Part shown: piece after piece, positions 60,334 to 62,077 of the stretch
Numbering within the stretch: the stretch's first letter is position 1
Layout: every line of letters begins with the position of its first letter
Origin: Salisapilia sapeloensis CBS 127946
Taxonomy: Eukaryota > Protista > Oomycota
DNA: 62,077 bases
Direction of reading: 5' to 3'
NCBI GenBank assembly: GCA_023334545.1
Contig: JAADVB010000095.1
Coordinates: 1 to 62,077 of the forward strand
Position numbers and translations under genes: made by a program
Notes under the pieces: model-generated
Databases searched by the model: none
What the model saw: the letters and a program-made list of their open reading frames with translations, nothing else
What the model was told of the DNA's origin: nothing

Positions 60334-61345
60334 ATGGTAGGCTGTTTGAATGACTCCATCGCTTTGGGCATTGTGTATTAATGATGTGGATGGTCTATAG
60401 CCGGAAAAGAAGGATAGCAATGTCATGCGCGACATCAAGGTCGACAAGCTCGTGATCAACTGTTGTGTTGGTGAATCGGGTGATAAGCTCACTCGTGCCG
60501 CACGTGTGTTGGAGCAGCTCACGGGCCAGAAGCCTGTGTACTCGAAGGGTAAGCTTTTTTTACTTTCGTAAACAAAAGCAAAGAACCGCCCTAACGGGCT
60601 ACTTACCCGGGTCAATCGTCCATTTGCCATGCGACCCCCGTGGCAATGCGATTGGCCTTAACCACTGCCACCGATCCGGGTGCCGGGATCATCTTGTATG
60701 ATTGCGGTAGTCTACTCTTTTCCATTCGAAAGGATAGTCCGTCCCCGATCGCGTGTGATTCAAACGAGTACGATTGACATGTCTTCCGATTATGGAAGCA
60801 CTGTCATGGGGGTTTGAGCACTCTACTCTTTTTATTTCATATACATTCACGTGAGTTGATGTTAAAAAGAGAAGAATCAATTGCAGATGGAGGAGGGCAT
60901 ACATGCCATCCATACAAGTCTTTGTAGCATACTTGAAGACAGAGTGACTGACATTTTATGAACTATAGCTCGCTACACGGTCCGTTCGTTCAGCATCCGT
61001 CGTAACGAAAAGATCTCGTGCCACGTTACCGTCCGTGGTGAACTCGCTTCGGAGATCCTCGAGCGTGGCCTCAAGGTCAAGGAGTACGAGCTCAAGAAGA
61101 AGAACTTCTCGGACACTGGTAACTTCGGTTTCGGTATCCAGGAACACATCGACCTTGGTATGAAGTACGACCCTTCCACCGGTATCTACGGTATGGACTT
61201 CTACGTCGTCCTTACGCGCCCGGGTGCCCGTGTTGCCCGCCGCAAGGCCCGTCAGAACCGTATCGGTGCGTCCCACCGTCTCCACAAGACGGACGCCGTC
61301 AACTGGTTCCAGTCCAAGTTCGAGGGTATCGTCCTTGACAACTAA
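60334..61345 (+). CDS. RPL11: 60S ribosomal protein L11 (uL5); exons 60334-60336, 60401-60548, 60969-61345
   Basis: M|[49 protein letters not shown]|[16 protein letters not shown]...[12 protein letters not shown]...[12 protein letters not shown]. Confidence 0.97.
60583..60820 (+). ncRNA. Unassigned structured RNA element in RPL11 intron 2
   Basis: GC-richer island with several manually found hairpins inside an outlier 420-nt intron; fits no family I recognise. Confidence 0.55.
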
Positions 61346-62077
61346 GTTGGATCGCGTCTTGTGTAAACACTTATCGAATGCGCTCGTTGCGTTCGCATAG
61401 GCAGGAGATTTGATTCAAATACAGCAACGCCTGAGAAAAAAATGAAAACTTGTATGCTTATGGTGGAAGTATCGTTGTGTGGTAGGGCCAAGAGTCGGTG
61501 GAGTAGCAGGGTTATAGATAGCTTTTGTGTGATTATAGCTTGTAGGAGCAAGGATGATTTCACAAGACAGGTACATCGCTGCAGCATATCGCTGGATGTG
61601 TAAACAATCAGAGTGAACACATTTGATTACAAAGGAAAGCTTGAATACTGGTGAATTTTGCTCGGTTGGTCCTTGGTACTCAACGGAGAGAAAGCTCGTA
61701 ACTGCTATGTAGACAACGGTAACTTGGGCACTTGAAGTCTGTACAATTGTCTACCTTGTTGACGATCTTAATAAAGTTTTCTTTGCACCTTTCTCTACTA
61801 ATATTATTAATCTAGATGCACATAGTACTATGCGGACCTGGTAACGAAAGCATGTTCTGATGAATTGGATTCATCCGCTCATGAATACCACCAACAATTT
61901 AAACAAAACTAAGAATACGAATCCACCGACATATGCTCAGGCTTTCTCCAAAGAGACAGACGATTAATAGCGCTACCGTGACTGTTTCGTTTGGGGATGC
62001 AATCTACATACAATCGTTTTCGCCACTCGGGATGCAGCACAAATTTTAGAGATGATAACCTTATAATTACCAATGAG

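Noticed and set aside
60600-60660. U1 snRNA (TACTTACC resembles the U1 5' end)
   Set aside because: No U1-70K loop (GAUCA), no U1A loop (AUUGCAC), no Sm site.
60583-60820. TPP riboswitch, RNase P/MRP, U3, U17/snR30 or telomerase RNA as the intron element
   Set aside because: Lacks CUGAGA, correctly spaced CR-I/CR-V, C/D boxes, m1/m2 motifs and a 1.5-repeat telomeric template; cmscan is needed to be definitive.
60860-60955. H/ACA snoRNA in the 3' part of the RPL11 intron (ATACAA H-like box, ACA)
   Set aside because: Hairpins are only ~23-25 nt with no pseudouridylation pockets; the ACA overlaps the branch site.
1-62077. CRISPR arrays, rRNA, intact transposons, U12-type introns
   Set aside because: No repeat-spacer arrays, rRNA signatures, RT/integrase/transposase ORFs or AT-AC/GTATCCT introns seen.

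Overview
Gene-dense eukaryotic DNA, almost certainly from an oomycete (inference: GT-AG introns of 47-69 nt, INR+FPR core-promoter motifs, oomycete-type kinase/HGG zinc-finger/ankyrin/FBT families, flagellar genes POC1, CFAP96 and a ropporin-like protein). It holds about 28 intact protein-coding genes, mostly housekeeping (SOD2, RPL4, RFC2, TIM21, HYOU1, DMAP1, PABPN1, mtHSP70, HSBP1, MVD, STRAP, DLST, XPD, RPL11). It also holds two tandem GH1 beta-glucosidases and four decayed genes (FBT transporter, ankyrin-repeat protein, two trypsin-like copies). No rRNA, convincing tRNA, CRISPR or intact transposon was seen. The best lead is RPL11 intron 2: 420 nt (6-9 times the other introns), with a GC-richer, hairpin-rich ~240-nt core, a 7-nt antisense copy of its own 5' splice site and a second consensus donor (GTGAGT). 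This suggests an undescribed intronic RNA or splicing-autoregulation switch. Other leads: an A-rich tract just after the PABPN1 stop, a tail-anchored MVD, PIGBOS1-like and MEA1-like small proteins, a DA1-like LIM peptidase, a Ser-to-Ala GIP-like trypsin pseudogene, a two-lipoyl DLST, and a spliced gene missed by the ORF track. All family calls are motif recognition from memory, not database searches; exon structures are manual predictions.
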